Positions 9,964-19,695 of a stretch of 64,000 nucleotides of DNA are shown piece after piece (position 1 is the stretch's first letter; each line of letters opens with the position of its first letter). Source of the DNA: a virus; IMG/VR virus record IMGVR_UViG_3300042447_000691; one strand, given 5' to 3'. Both the position numbers and the translations under genes were made by a program. Under the pieces are notes generated by a model. It saw only the letters and a list, made by a program, of their open reading frames with translations, did not search any database and had not been told where the DNA came from.

Positions 9964-11202
9964 ATGGCAACAAAATATATTGTAAATAACGTACCGGGAC
10001 AAACCATAAATGGTGATATAACCATTAATGGAAATTTAAGTGTTACGGGTGTAACAACAGGAAGTTTAGCGACTTACAAAGCACTATTAACTCAGTTAGG
10101 TTCTCAGACCGGCACTACTTTAGGTGGTTTTGGTGGTCTTAATGATGGTTTAATTATAGGTGAAACCTATACAATAACTGATTATGTTAGTGATGATGAT
10201 TTTAGTAATATTGCAAATGCGTTGAGTGGGGTTGTTCTTACATATAGTTATAGTGGAACATCGGTAACTGGGGTGACCGATACATATACTTCTGGTGGTG
10301 CCACAAGTGGTGAAGGTTCTGGTATTGTGTTTGAAATTGTAGTAAACAATGATGCTTATGAATCAGTCAGTATCGTTACCATTGGTTATGGTTATGTAAG
10401 TGGTGATACAATAACGATATTGGGTACAAATGTTGGGGGTATCAGTCCAGATAACGACATAACAATAACTGTTGATAGCTCAACTACAGACAATCCAAAT
10501 GAAACAGGATCTGTTTTTATCGCGACAGGAGAAATACCAGCAAATTGGAGTAACGGTTCTACTTTAGTATCTAGCGGTAATTTAGTAGTGACAGTATTAG
10601 AAAACAATTTGGGATTTGACATTGAGTGGGGTTATGATTTTGAATTCCAGCCAGGATTTTATTTGGGTTTTAATTCAACCACAGGTCCACTATATAATAA
10701 TTTTAATAGAAACACAACATTCGTTTTAGGTGGTGGGACCGCAAGCCCGTTTTTTGGGCCTTTCTTATTAGAAACTTTTGTGTCCCCTATAAGTTTTAAC
10801 GAAAAGGATGATTCAATTGTTGTTGCGGTTTTTGATTTAGACGTATTTGAGCCAGTTTCCGATAGTCTGTATTATTTTCCAGTAGAGATTCAAATTAAAC
10901 AAGATTTAGATACCACACCAATTGTAATAAGTGGAACTATGGAATCATCGTTTCCTATTCCCACTGCTAGTATTGCTTTGTTTTGTAATGGAAATTTCAT
11001 TCAATCACTTTACGGGGATGGTACAGTAAATGATATGTCAGAACTTATAACTTACTTAAACTCTGAACCAAATATGAGTTATTTGGGAACATATTCTGAT
11101 GCTGGAGATGGTTTTGTAAATTTAGAAATGCCAACCAACTCAGTAAATCAATTTTGTTCTAGCGGAACATTAACGTTTGAGGTATTCAACTGTTGTGTTT
11201 AA
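9964..11202 (+). CDS. Tail fibre-associated protein, partial paralogue of 6890-9946
   Basis: Shares the G.GY..GD.ITI.G...GG....DITITV module and the C-terminal SFP..AS...C.G...M.EL....NS...C.SGT.T..VFN domain. Confidence 0.7.
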   Translation: MATKYIVNNVPGQTINGDITINGNLSVTGVTTGSLATYKALLTQLGSQTGTTLGGFGGLNDGLIIGETYTITDYVSDDDFSNIANALSGVVLTYSYSGTSVTGVTDTYTSGGATSGEGSGIVFEIVVNNDAYESVSIVTIGYGYVSGDTITILGTNVGGISPDNDITITVDSSTTDNPNETGSVFIATGEIPANWSNGSTLVSSGNLVVTVLENNLGFDIEWGYDFEFQPGFYLGFNSTTGPLYNNFNRNTTFVLGGGTASPFFGPFLLETFVSPISFNEKDDSIVVAVFDLDVFEPVSDSLYYFPVEIQIKQDLDTTPIVISGTMESSFPIPTASIALFCNGNFIQSLYGDGTVNDMSELITYLNSEPNMSYLGTYSDAGDGFVNLEMPTNSVNQFCSSGTLTFEVFNCCV

Positions 11203-11236
11203 GCTTCCGTTGACTAACTTTATAAAAATTAAAAAA

Positions 11237-11479
11237 ATGATAAAATATATTAAAAGAAAAAGTGATAATAAGTTTCTACAATCTTTAGAAAATGATGTTT
11301 GGGTTGATAACTCAAAAGACGCTTATGAAATGACATATAAAGAATGTGTGGACACAAAAACCACATTACTTAACACATATACTTCTGAAGAAATAACTGA
11401 AGTTTTTAATATGTTTAAGAGTAAACCAATGTCAAGAGAAGAAAAAAAAGAACTACTTAATCTATTAAAAAACAAGTAA
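11237..11479 (+). CDS. Hypothetical protein
   Basis: Start moved from 11177 to the ATG at 11237, which follows an A-rich run and avoids overlap with the upstream gene. Confidence 0.65.
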   Translation: MIKYIKRKSDNKFLQSLENDVWVDNSKDAYEMTYKECVDTKTTLLNTYTSEEITEVFNMFKSKPMSREEKKELLNLLKNK

Positions 11480-11480
11480 T

Positions 11481-11747
11481 ATGAGAATCTGTATATTATG
11501 TGAAGAATCTAAAGTTTCACAAGCAAGAGAAAAAATGAAAAATGATAATATCTTAAAAATAGATTTATCACCAACAGGAGAGTTACCGGCAACTCACAAA
11601 TTATGTGTTATGGCTGTAACGGAAGAAAGGGCAAAACAACTTATGGATTCTGCGGAGTTAACAATAATTGAGGCAATGAACCCAAGAGAATTTTTGGTAA
11701 AACATAACCTAAAGAAAATTGGAAAATACGGAATTAAACCCTTTTAA
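11481..11747 (+). CDS. Hypothetical protein
   Basis: 88-aa ORF 1 nt after the previous stop. Confidence 0.7.
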   Translation: MRICILCEESKVSQAREKMKNDNILKIDLSPTGELPATHKLCVMAVTEERAKQLMDSAELTIIEAMNPREFLVKHNLKKIGKYGIKPF

Positions 11748-12354
11748 GTTAAAAAAAAAATTCATCACAAACGATGAGTCAAATCAGATAGTTAATTGGA
11801 TTGAATCTATTAACCACATTGGGAATGATTCAAACCACCATCTTACCGAACTATCCAAAGATTTAAATGGTAAGTCGTATATTTTTGACATATCAAATAC
11901 ACCATTAACTAATTACATATCAAAATTTCAATCAATATCGGATGTATCTAAAGACCCGTTACCTGATTTTATACATAATATAATAGATAAAATATCTAAA
12001 GAATTTAATTTTCCAAAAGAAAACGTTTTTTTACAGGCGGTTGATATGAATAAAGGTGGAAAAATAAATCCACACTATGACGCATCAATTGATGGTTATG
12101 TTAACTATAAGTGTAATATAAGTGTGTTATCGGAAGATTACAAAATTTTTATAGACGGATCGTCCCCATTAATAGAACAAAAAGACCTATACTGTTTTGA
12201 GGCATCTTTATATAAACATTGGACAGAAGAGTTTAACTCAAGACGAGTGTTTTTAAGTTTTGGATTCTTACTACCTTATGAAATTTTAAATAGGGATAAA
12301 AATGATCCGAGAGTTAGATTAAGTCAACGAATATCAAAATATTTTCAAAAATAA
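11719..12354 (+). CDS. 2OG-Fe(II) dioxygenase family protein
   Basis: HxD (NPHYD), distal His (YKHW) and Arg (RRVFLSFG) in double-stranded beta-helix order. Confidence 0.75.
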   Translation: MENTELNPFKLKKKFITNDESNQIVNWIESINHIGNDSNHHLTELSKDLNGKSYIFDISNTPLTNYISKFQSISDVSKDPLPDFIHNIIDKISKEFNFPKENVFLQAVDMNKGGKINPHYDASIDGYVNYKCNISVLSEDYKIFIDGSSPLIEQKDLYCFEASLYKHWTEEFNSRRVFLSFGFLLPYEILNRDKNDPRVRLSQRISKYFQK

Positions 12355-12371
12355 AATACTTATTATAAGTA

Positions 12372-12725
12372 ATGGAATTTTTTATAAAACAAAACACAAG
12401 TTTACCCATTTTAAAAATGGATGTTATTAGAGACGGAAGAACCGACTCGTGGAAAAACTTTTATGAAATTTTGGATAATGCGAACATCCGATTCTCAATG
12501 AAAAGTGAAGACAACGGAATTCAAAAAATATTTATGCAACCGGCATACCTAACAGAAAAAGATAGAACAAATCCGGACTCACCAAGAGAATATTATATCT
12601 ATTACAAATGGTCGGCAAGAGACACAAATAAAAAAGGAAGATTCATCGGAGAATTTTCGATTGTATTAGAAAACGGAGAGTTGATCGCACCAATAGTTTC
12701 AAATTTATATATCAACATCATTTGA
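12372..12725 (+). CDS. BppU N-terminal-like Ig-fold virion protein
   Basis: FFIKQNTSLP.L..., YKW...DT...GRFIGEFSI...G.LIAP pattern. Confidence 0.55.
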   Translation: MEFFIKQNTSLPILKMDVIRDGRTDSWKNFYEILDNANIRFSMKSEDNGIQKIFMQPAYLTEKDRTNPDSPREYYIYYKWSARDTNKKGRFIGEFSIVLENGELIAPIVSNLYINII

Positions 12726-12751
12726 CATTTTACCATTTAACCATTATTTAT
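12722..12751 (+). promoter_or_regulatory. Putative promoter of the DNA polymerase gene
   Basis: TTGACA (12722-27), 17 nt, TATTTA(T) (12745-51). Confidence 0.55.
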
Positions 12752-12812
12752 TAGGTAAGGGAAATCACAATATTTTTTGTGAGCATAATAACCCAAACTT
12801 AAAATTATAGAT

Positions 12813-15713
12813 ATGGTTCCACAAGAAGAAATTGAGCGCTTTTTACACGGCGAAGACGACGAGAAATATATTGTCGCATTAGAATACGATTACAAATCAG
12901 ATAAAATTTTCAAGGTAATACAAGATCCAATCAAAGGAAAACTTTTGAGGATGGATACATTCATCCCATTTGCTTGGGTTGGTGACCTTAGAACAAAAAA
13001 CTTTTACAAAGGTAATAAAGACTTTCAAAAAAAGGCGATGTCTGAAAACGGCATCATCATAGAAAAATTAGAAGATAGGGGAGACGAAAGATTAAAAAAT
13101 GGATTGACTTTCTTGGTCAAAACAACAAAATCATATTCAAACCTTGTGAACTTTTTTAAGGGTGGTGGTTTAGATCCGTGGGGAAGAGACAACTCAGATT
13201 GTATAACAATACTATCACCGGTAGAGCAATACTTAATCCAAAAAAGTAAAAGACTATTCAAAGGATTTGATGAATATGATGAGATCCACAGGTTTGTATT
13301 CGATATTGAGACCACAGGTTTAGATCCCAAGACAAGTAAAATGTTCTTGATTGGAATGAAAGACAACCGTGGCTTCTTAAAATTATTATCAGCACAAAAC
13401 GAAGATGAAGAACGACAAATGATCATTGAGTTTTTCAAAACCATTGACGAATTAAAGCCGTCACTTATCGGTGGTTACAACTCAGCATTCTTTGACTTTC
13501 CGTTTATTTTAAAACGTGCGGAAATTTTAAAGTTAAACATTAAAAAAATATCAAAAACGTTAAAGGCAGATCAACCATTAAAACAAAAAGACGGAATTTT
13601 AAAGTTGGCAAATGAGATGGAACCTTATGTTCAAACTCAAATGTGGGGGTATAATATTGTGGATATTGCTCATGCGGTTCGTAGAGCACAAGCAATTAAT
13701 TCCGACATTAAGAGTTGGTCTTTGAAGTATATCACCAAATTTATTGAGGCAGAAAAAGAAAATCGTGTTTATGTTGAGGGAGATAAAATCGGAAAGATTT
13801 ATTTTGACAATGAGGATTATTGGATGAATAAAGAAAACGGCAACTATAAAAAAATAGGTATCAACGAAAAGATAGATGAAGTTTGTTCAAGGAGAACTGA
13901 TATATATGTGAAAACTAACGGTTCAAAAATTATTGAGGACTACCTTGATGATGACCTTTATGAAACTATGATTGTTGACGAACAGTTCAATCAAGCTAAC
14001 TTCTTACTTTCCAAACTGGTACCAACCACCTATGAACGACTCTCAACGATGGGTACTGCAACATTATGGAAAATGATTATGTGTTCGTGGTCTTATAAAA
14101 ACAATTTGGCACTACCTAAAAAGAAAGAGAAAAGAAAATTTACAGGAGGTCTTTCTCGTTTGGTTCAGGTTGGTTACTCAAGGAAGGTATTAAAACTTGA
14201 CTACTCGTCACTATACCCCTCCATTCAGTTAGTTCACGACGTATTTCCTGCTTGTGATGTAACAGGAGCAATGAAAAGTATGTTAAAGTACTTTAGAGAT
14301 ACTCGTATAAAATATAAAAATTTAGCAAGTGAATTTAAAAAAACGGATCCGAAACTTTCAGTCTCATATGACAGAAAACAATTACCAATCAAAATCTTTA
14401 TCAACGCATTCTTTGGATCTCTCTCAGCACCTCACGTATTTCCATGGGGAGACATTGACATGGGAGAACAGATTACGTGCACAGGAAGACAATATTTACG
14501 ACAGATGATTATGTATTTTATGACGAGAGGGTATGTCCCACTGGTGATGGATACGGATGGGGTCAACTTTGAGACCCCTGTAGATAGAGAAAACTATACC
14601 TATGTAGGTAAAGGACTTAACGGGTTAGTTAAGGAGGGTGAAACCTACGTAGGTGCTGAAGCCGATGTTGCAGAATACAATGATCTATTTATGAGAAACG
14701 AGATGGGTCTTGATATTGATGGTGTATGGCCTGCAACCATTAACGTGGCTCGTAAGAACTATGCACTACTCACAGATAAAGGTAAAGTTAAACTTACGGG
14801 TAACTCAATTAAATCTAAAAAACTTCAAACGTATGTTGCAGAATTTTTAGATAAAGGGTTAAGAATGTTACTTGACGGTAAGGGTGGTGAGTTTTTAGAT
14901 TTCTATTATGAGTATGTAAGTAAAATTTACAACAAAGAAATACCTTTAGCAAAAATGGCAAACAAGGCTCGTGTTAAACAATCAATTGACGATTATAAAG
15001 TACACATCACAAAAAAAACAATTTCGGGTAGTTTAATGTCAAGGCAGGCTCATATGGAACTTTTAATGAATGCTGGTAAAAAACCAGGTTTAGGTGATAC
15101 TATTTATTATGTTAATAATGGTGAAAAGAAATCACACGGTGATGTTCAGAAAAAAACAACAAAGATGACTAAAAAACAAATCGAGGATTATACAAAAATT
15201 CACGGGGGCGTACCACCTGAAATGTTATCAAAAAGTGAGGTTATCTTAAATTGTTATTTAATTGATGAAAAGGAAATAGAAAATAATCCTGACTTATTAG
15301 GTGATTATAACGTAGCAAGAGCGTTAGCAGCATTTAATAAAAGAATTGAACCCTTACTTGTGGTATATAACCCTGACATTAGAAAAGACATCTTAATTGA
15401 GAACCCAATATATCAACCAATCTTTACGAAGTCACAAACAGAATTAGGTCGCGGATATCCAATGAAAGAAAAGGATCAAGATAATTTAGATGAGGTCTTA
15501 ACTTTATCTGATATGGAGATTGTATTTTGGCAAACAGTGGGTATTGATCCATACTATATGTATATTGACAATACTTTGGATCTTGTTGAGAAAAGTAGAG
15601 TTGATCACAATAGAAAACTAATGTTGGAGAATAAAGTTAAAAAGTCAGTTGATGTTGATGACCTTTATGAATTTGATGAAGATGGGGATTTAATGTCTTT
15701 AGTTTTTGACTAA
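12813..15713 (+). CDS. polB: Family B DNA polymerase
   Basis: Exo DIETTG, GYNSAFFD; Pol DYSSLYPS, KIFINAFFG, DTDG; 966 aa, no intein seen. Confidence 0.95.
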   Translation: MVPQEEIERFLHGEDDEKYIVALEYDYKSDKIFKVIQDPIKGKLLRMDTFIPFAWVGDLRTKNFYKGNKDFQKKAMSENGIIIEKLEDRGDERLKNGLTFLVKTTKSYSNLVNFFKGGGLDPWGRDNSDCITILSPVEQYLIQKSKRLFKGFDEYDEIHRFVFDIETTGLDPKTSKMFLIGMKDNRGFLKLLSAQNEDEERQMIIEFFKTIDELKPSLIGGYNSAFFDFPFILKRAEILKLNIKKISKTLKADQPLKQKDGILKLANEMEPYVQTQMWGYNIVDIAHAVRRAQAINSDIKSWSLKYITKFIEAEKENRVYVEGDKIGKIYFDNEDYWMNKENGNYKKIGINEKIDEVCSRRTDIYVKTNGSKIIEDYLDDDLYETMIVDEQFNQANFLLSKLVPTTYERLSTMGTATLWKMIMCSWSYKNNLALPKKKEKRKFTGGLSRLVQVGYSRKVLKLDYSSLYPSIQLVHDVFPACDVTGAMKSMLKYFRDTRIKYKNLASEFKKTDPKLSVSYDRKQLPIKIFINAFFGSLSAPHVFPWGDIDMGEQITCTGRQYLRQMIMYFMTRGYVPLVMDTDGVNFETPVDRENYTYVGKGLNGLVKEGETYVGAEADVAEYNDLFMRNEMGLDIDGVWPATINVARKNYALLTDKGKVKLTGNSIKSKKLQTYVAEFLDKGLRMLLDGKGGEFLDFYYEYVSKIYNKEIPLAKMANKARVKQSIDDYKVHITKKTISGSLMSRQAHMELLMNAGKKPGLGDTIYYVNNGEKKSHGDVQKKTTKMTKKQIEDYTKIHGGVPPEMLSKSEVILNCYLIDEKEIENNPDLLGDYNVARALAAFNKRIEPLLVVYNPDIRKDILIENPIYQPIFTKSQTELGRGYPMKEKDQDNLDEVLTLSDMEIVFWQTVGIDPYYMYIDNTLDLVEKSRVDHNRKLMLENKVKKSVDVDDLYEFDEDGDLMSLVFD

Positions 15714-16042
15714 GAGTTTTTTAGTCCGTCACTAGAAAGAATATACCAATGATCACCAATTTTTCTAAACTCCACACACGAACCTTTAGTTAATTCTACT
15801 TCATTGTATTCTTCGTCTATTAGGTCGTTAGATGAAACTAAAACATTTGTAAGTGCTTTTATCACGACGTGGTCGGTAGTTTTAGAGTCTAAAAATAAAT
15901 TACATTTCTCAACCTCTTTTACCACAATTGCCGACTCACCATTCGTTTTATATTCTTCGTTTGTAACGATAGATAACTCCGATGTTTTTATTTCAACGCC
16001 GTTTATAATTTTTTTTGAAGATAAACTTCTGAATATTGCCAT
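15710..16042 (-). CDS. Hypothetical, possibly structural beta protein
   Basis: 110 aa downstream of the neck gene; TAG stop overlaps the PolB TAA. Confidence 0.7.
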   Translation of the reverse strand: MAIFRSLSSKKIINGVEIKTSELSIVTNEEYKTNGESAIVVKEVEKCNLFLDSKTTDHVVIKALTNVLVSSNDLIDEEYNEVELTKGSCVEFRKIGDHWYILSSDGLKNS

Positions 16043-16049
16043 AAAAAAT

Positions 16050-17171
16050 TTATATAATAGTATACGGACTGTTAAAAGGTCTGAACTTTAATAACTTGTT
16101 TAAGTTTTCTGCCTGTAATGCTTTTGCCTCCATCATTTTATCTGGTCTCAATCTTTCAAGTCTTGTTTTAAGTTCTTCCCATAATAATGTTTTCTCATCT
16201 TTTGCTTCAGATTGAAGTGTTGTATACTCCAAAGTTAACTCACTATCGGGAGTTTTAAGGTTACCACTATATTTACCTCTAACTCTTGCCAACGTTTCTT
16301 TACAATAAGCGGTAAACCATCTTCTAACCCAAGTTCTTGACGGGTTATTTAATTTATCCCATCGTAATCTTTCTAATGGAACATCTGAAGGTAATCGTAC
16401 TACATCAGGGTTTTTAGATAAACAATCTTCTCTATCGAAAGTATCATAATACCAATACCATACCTTATGGTCGTTTCTTTTCATATTACCAAAATCAAAT
16501 TTACCTCCAGGTACATTGTAAAGGTGTATCGCTTTTTTACCTTCTGGTAGTGCGGTAACTCTATATGTTAAATCACCTGAAATAATTCTTCTTTTAATAT
16601 TAATGTCCGACATTCTTAAAAGTATGTCAGCAGCAGGAGTAATAAAATAGTTACCCGAAGTACCCATTTGTGAGAACCCCGCACCACCACCTAAACCAAT
16701 TCCACCGAACCCACCGAACCCACCCATAAAAGGGTCAAAATATGCTGCGTCTAACTCAGATCTTGAAAACCATAAAAGTTCGTTTAATTCTCTACCTGCA
16801 GGTATTTCGTATATTTGTTGGTTAGGAACCAAATCTATATAATCTTTTTTCAAAACGTAATCACCACCAGCCTGTAACCCTACGATCTTAGAATAGGAGT
16901 AAGTGTATTGCGTTTCCCAATCCAAACTTCTGGTTGTTAGTGCTCGTGTAACTGATTGCTCATCTAAATTTAGACCATACACTGAAGTCCATTGTGCTTC
17001 AATTAACCAATCTTGTATGTGTTGTTCGTAATCTTCGATTGATAACTCTAAAAGGGAATCTAATTGATCGTCATCAAGTTCAACAGAACGTAGTGGGGCA
17101 CCTAATAGATTTTTAATCCTTCTATAAAGTGCCTCTCTTTCAGGACCGGTAATTATAACAGTTGTTGCCAT
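16050..17171 (-). CDS. Neck protein (T4 gp13-like)
   Basis: LGAPLRSVELDDDQLD..LE.SI.DY motif and C-terminal AYCK...RGKY...LK.P...LTL. Confidence 0.7.
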   Translation of the reverse strand: MATTVIITGPEREALYRRIKNLLGAPLRSVELDDDQLDSLLELSIEDYEQHIQDWLIEAQWTSVYGLNLDEQSVTRALTTRSLDWETQYTYSYSKIVGLQAGGDYVLKKDYIDLVPNQQIYEIPAGRELNELLWFSRSELDAAYFDPFMGGFGGFGGIGLGGGAGFSQMGTSGNYFITPAADILLRMSDINIKRRIISGDLTYRVTALPEGKKAIHLYNVPGGKFDFGNMKRNDHKVWYWYYDTFDREDCLSKNPDVVRLPSDVPLERLRWDKLNNPSRTWVRRWFTAYCKETLARVRGKYSGNLKTPDSELTLEYTTLQSEAKDEKTLLWEELKTRLERLRPDKMMEAKALQAENLNKLLKFRPFNSPYTII

Positions 17172-17200
17172 AGGTACTTATTTTATATATAAATATCTAA

Positions 17201-17917
17201 CTATTTTGATTTGTTTAATTCTATTCTTGTTAGATATTGATCGTTCACAAATTCCCAATTTACAACCTTCCAAAAATTTTTAACATATTCGTCTCTTTTA
17301 TTTTTGTATTTTAAATAGTAAGCGTGTTCCCATACGTCTAAACCTAAGATCGGATATCCCCTTTCTTTTTCTGTATTCATTAGGGGGTTGTCTTGATTTG
17401 CGGTGGAAACAATTTTTAATCTATTGTTGTCGGTCAAGATTAACCAAACCCAACCAGATCCAAATCGACTTTTTGATTCCTCCTCAAACTTCTCTTTAAA
17501 TTTTTCAAACGAACCAAAGTTTTTATCAATTTCTTTTTTAATCGGATCTTTAACTGTTTGTTTTTTTGGACTTAACATTTTCCAAAATAATGCGTGATTA
17601 AATGCCCCACCACCATTATTTTTAACTTTATTGTTAAACTTTGATATTTTTATTATAATTTCTTCTAAGTCTATATCCTTACCTTTAACCTTTTCTAACT
17701 CGGCGTTTAGTTTATCAACATACCCTTTATAGTGTTTTGTGTAGTGAGTTTTCATCGTCTCAGAATCTACAAAAGTTGTTAAAGAATTATAATCGTATGG
17801 TAGTTTTTCCATACTTATTTTTTTTATTTCAGAAATAATTGATTCGTTTAAAAATGAGGTATGGTTTAATTTACTCTCGATTAAATCTATTCTTTGATTA
17901 ATTTTTTTAAATATCAT
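17201..17917 (-). CDS. sodA: Fe/Mn superoxide dismutase, probably Mn-type, with N-terminal extension
   Basis: LPY, HY.KHY.GY, GGAFNH, FGSGWVWL, NQD, DVWEHAYY; start at 17917 preferred, alternative Met at 17812. Confidence 0.92.
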   Translation of the reverse strand: MIFKKINQRIDLIESKLNHTSFLNESIISEIKKISMEKLPYDYNSLTTFVDSETMKTHYTKHYKGYVDKLNAELEKVKGKDIDLEEIIIKISKFNNKVKNNGGGAFNHALFWKMLSPKKQTVKDPIKKEIDKNFGSFEKFKEKFEEESKSRFGSGWVWLILTDNNRLKIVSTANQDNPLMNTEKERGYPILGLDVWEHAYYLKYKNKRDEYVKNFWKVVNWEFVNDQYLTRIELNKSK

Positions 17918-17928
17918 ACTAATAAATA

Positions 17929-19695
17929 TCACCTACCATTAGAAATTATCTTTAACATTTCCTCTATCGAAGATGCCTCATCTAATAATAGATCATCCCC
18001 CATAACTGTGGATATTATTTTTTTCTTTCTATTTAAGATGTCGTATATCGCACCCTCTATTGTGTTTTCAAAAAGGGGATAGTAAACTGATGTTGAATTT
18101 TTTTGTCCAATTCTATGAGACCTATCTTCTGCTTGAGCGTGTTCTGCCGGTACAAACGACAAATCATTCATAATAACCGCTTCGGCCGATGTTAAAGTAA
18201 TACCAACACCCGCAGCTTTTAGGTTACCAATAAACACTTTAATTTTATCGTTTTCTTGAAAATCATCCACAGATTTTTGTCGATGAGGTTTTGAACAAGA
18301 CCCATCTAAATAAACCGCACTTTTTCCAAAATGGTCATAAATTGTCCGTAACGTATCTGTAAAGTTTGTAAATATGATAACTTTTTTACCTTGTTCAATA
18401 ATATTCTCAGCCAACTCAATAGTGTTTTTAACTTTTTCTTCGGCAATAACTTTTCTAACTTTCATTAATTTACCAAATTGGATGGTTAATGATCCGGATT
18501 CGTTAGGGTTTTTGTCGTACCAATCATAGTATTCACCCATGAGTTCTTCATAGTCTTTAGACTTTAATCTTAAATAAACAGGTGTAATAATTTTATCGGG
18601 TAAATCTAAAACGTCTTCTTTTAGTCTCCTAAGAATGTGTGATTGCGTTCGTTCTCTTAGTTCATCTAAGTTTGATGCTCCCGTAACATTCCAAATTTTT
18701 CTATTACCCACAACGAATTGAAACCCATTACAATATCTTTTTGCGTAAGCCATCCAATTTGCTGCGACAGGACTCTCAACTAAACTCAAAAGATTAAAAT
18801 AGTTCATCGGTCTTGAGGTCATTGGTGTTCCCGTCAATAACCAAACCCTATCAATTTTATCACATAGATCATTAACAATTTTTGTTCTTTGTGCTTGGGG
18901 GTTTGATATCATATGAGCCTCATCCATAATAACCAAATCAAATTTTGCATTTAAAATTGTTGATTCGTCTTTCTTTTTTGGATCGTGAAAGTTTTTTAAA
19001 ATATCGTAATTAATTATTACAAATTCGTGTTCATTTGAAAATTTCTTACCTTCTGCGATATAAACGGTTCTATCTGAATAGTTTTCAATTTCACGTTGCC
19101 AATTTATTTTTAAAGATGCGGGACATACTATTAATATTTTTTTTATTTTTGTTTCAAGTGCGGCTATAATAGTACTGGTAGTCTTACCAAGACCCATATC
19201 ATCAGCCAATATATATTTTTTGTTACCCACCAACTTAGTAATTGCTTCTTTTTGGTGTTCCATTGGAAGTCTATGGTTGTATTTGGTGTAATCAACAATA
19301 ATGTTTTTCACTTCGTTATCTTTTATAAGTGCGGATTTTGGTAACCAAAAGTCGTGTACGGTGTCACCACTAAATATCTTACCCCATATATGATATGATT
19401 TATCTTTCTCAACCAAAAGTTTCTCAACATAAATCTCTGTCGGTTCTTTGGTATACATTTTTTCTTCCATCATTTTTTTACCAAAATACGAATCGAGTTT
19501 GACCCATTTTTTTGCGACCTTTGGTGTACGACCGTGAAAATTTATAATGTATTCCGCTTGAGACCTGGTAGGTGTAAACGATTTACTATTTTGTTTTTTG
19601 TGTTTTAAATTTAGGATATAGTTATTTGATCCTTCATATTCGTCAAGTAATTGAAGTGACCGTGTTTCGGGAGTTCTTGAAATTAATTCTTCCAT
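17929..19695 (-). CDS. SNF2-family helicase/ATPase (HARP/SMARCAL1-like)
   Basis: LADDMGLGKT, DEAH, LTGTP, QAEDRSHRIGQ; start corrected to 19695 (MEELIS), removing the overlap with 19754+. Confidence 0.9.
   Translation of the reverse strand: MEELISRTPETRSLQLLDEYEGSNNYILNLKHKKQNSKSFTPTRSQAEYIINFHGRTPKVAKKWVKLDSYFGKKMMEEKMYTKEPTEIYVEKLLVEKDKSYHIWGKIFSGDTVHDFWLPKSALIKDNEVKNIIVDYTKYNHRLPMEHQKEAITKLVGNKKYILADDMGLGKTTSTIIAALETKIKKILIVCPASLKINWQREIENYSDRTVYIAEGKKFSNEHEFVIINYDILKNFHDPKKKDESTILNAKFDLVIMDEAHMISNPQAQRTKIVNDLCDKIDRVWLLTGTPMTSRPMNYFNLLSLVESPVAANWMAYAKRYCNGFQFVVGNRKIWNVTGASNLDELRERTQSHILRRLKEDVLDLPDKIITPVYLRLKSKDYEELMGEYYDWYDKNPNESGSLTIQFGKLMKVRKVIAEEKVKNTIELAENIIEQGKKVIIFTNFTDTLRTIYDHFGKSAVYLDGSCSKPHRQKSVDDFQENDKIKVFIGNLKAAGVGITLTSAEAVIMNDLSFVPAEHAQAEDRSHRIGQKNSTSVYYPLFENTIEGAIYDILNRKKKIISTVMGDDLLLDEASSIEEMLKIISNGR

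Noticed and set aside
6890-11202. Diversity-generating retroelement targeting the Asn-rich fibres
   Set aside because: No reverse transcriptase and no near-identical TR/VR pair differing at adenines seen in this window; cannot be excluded elsewhere in the genome
12765-12782. CRP or NrdR box
   Set aside because: Half-sites are in the opposite order to CRP (TGTGA-N6-TCACA) and spacing does not fit a 16-bp NrdR box; kept only as an unnamed palindrome
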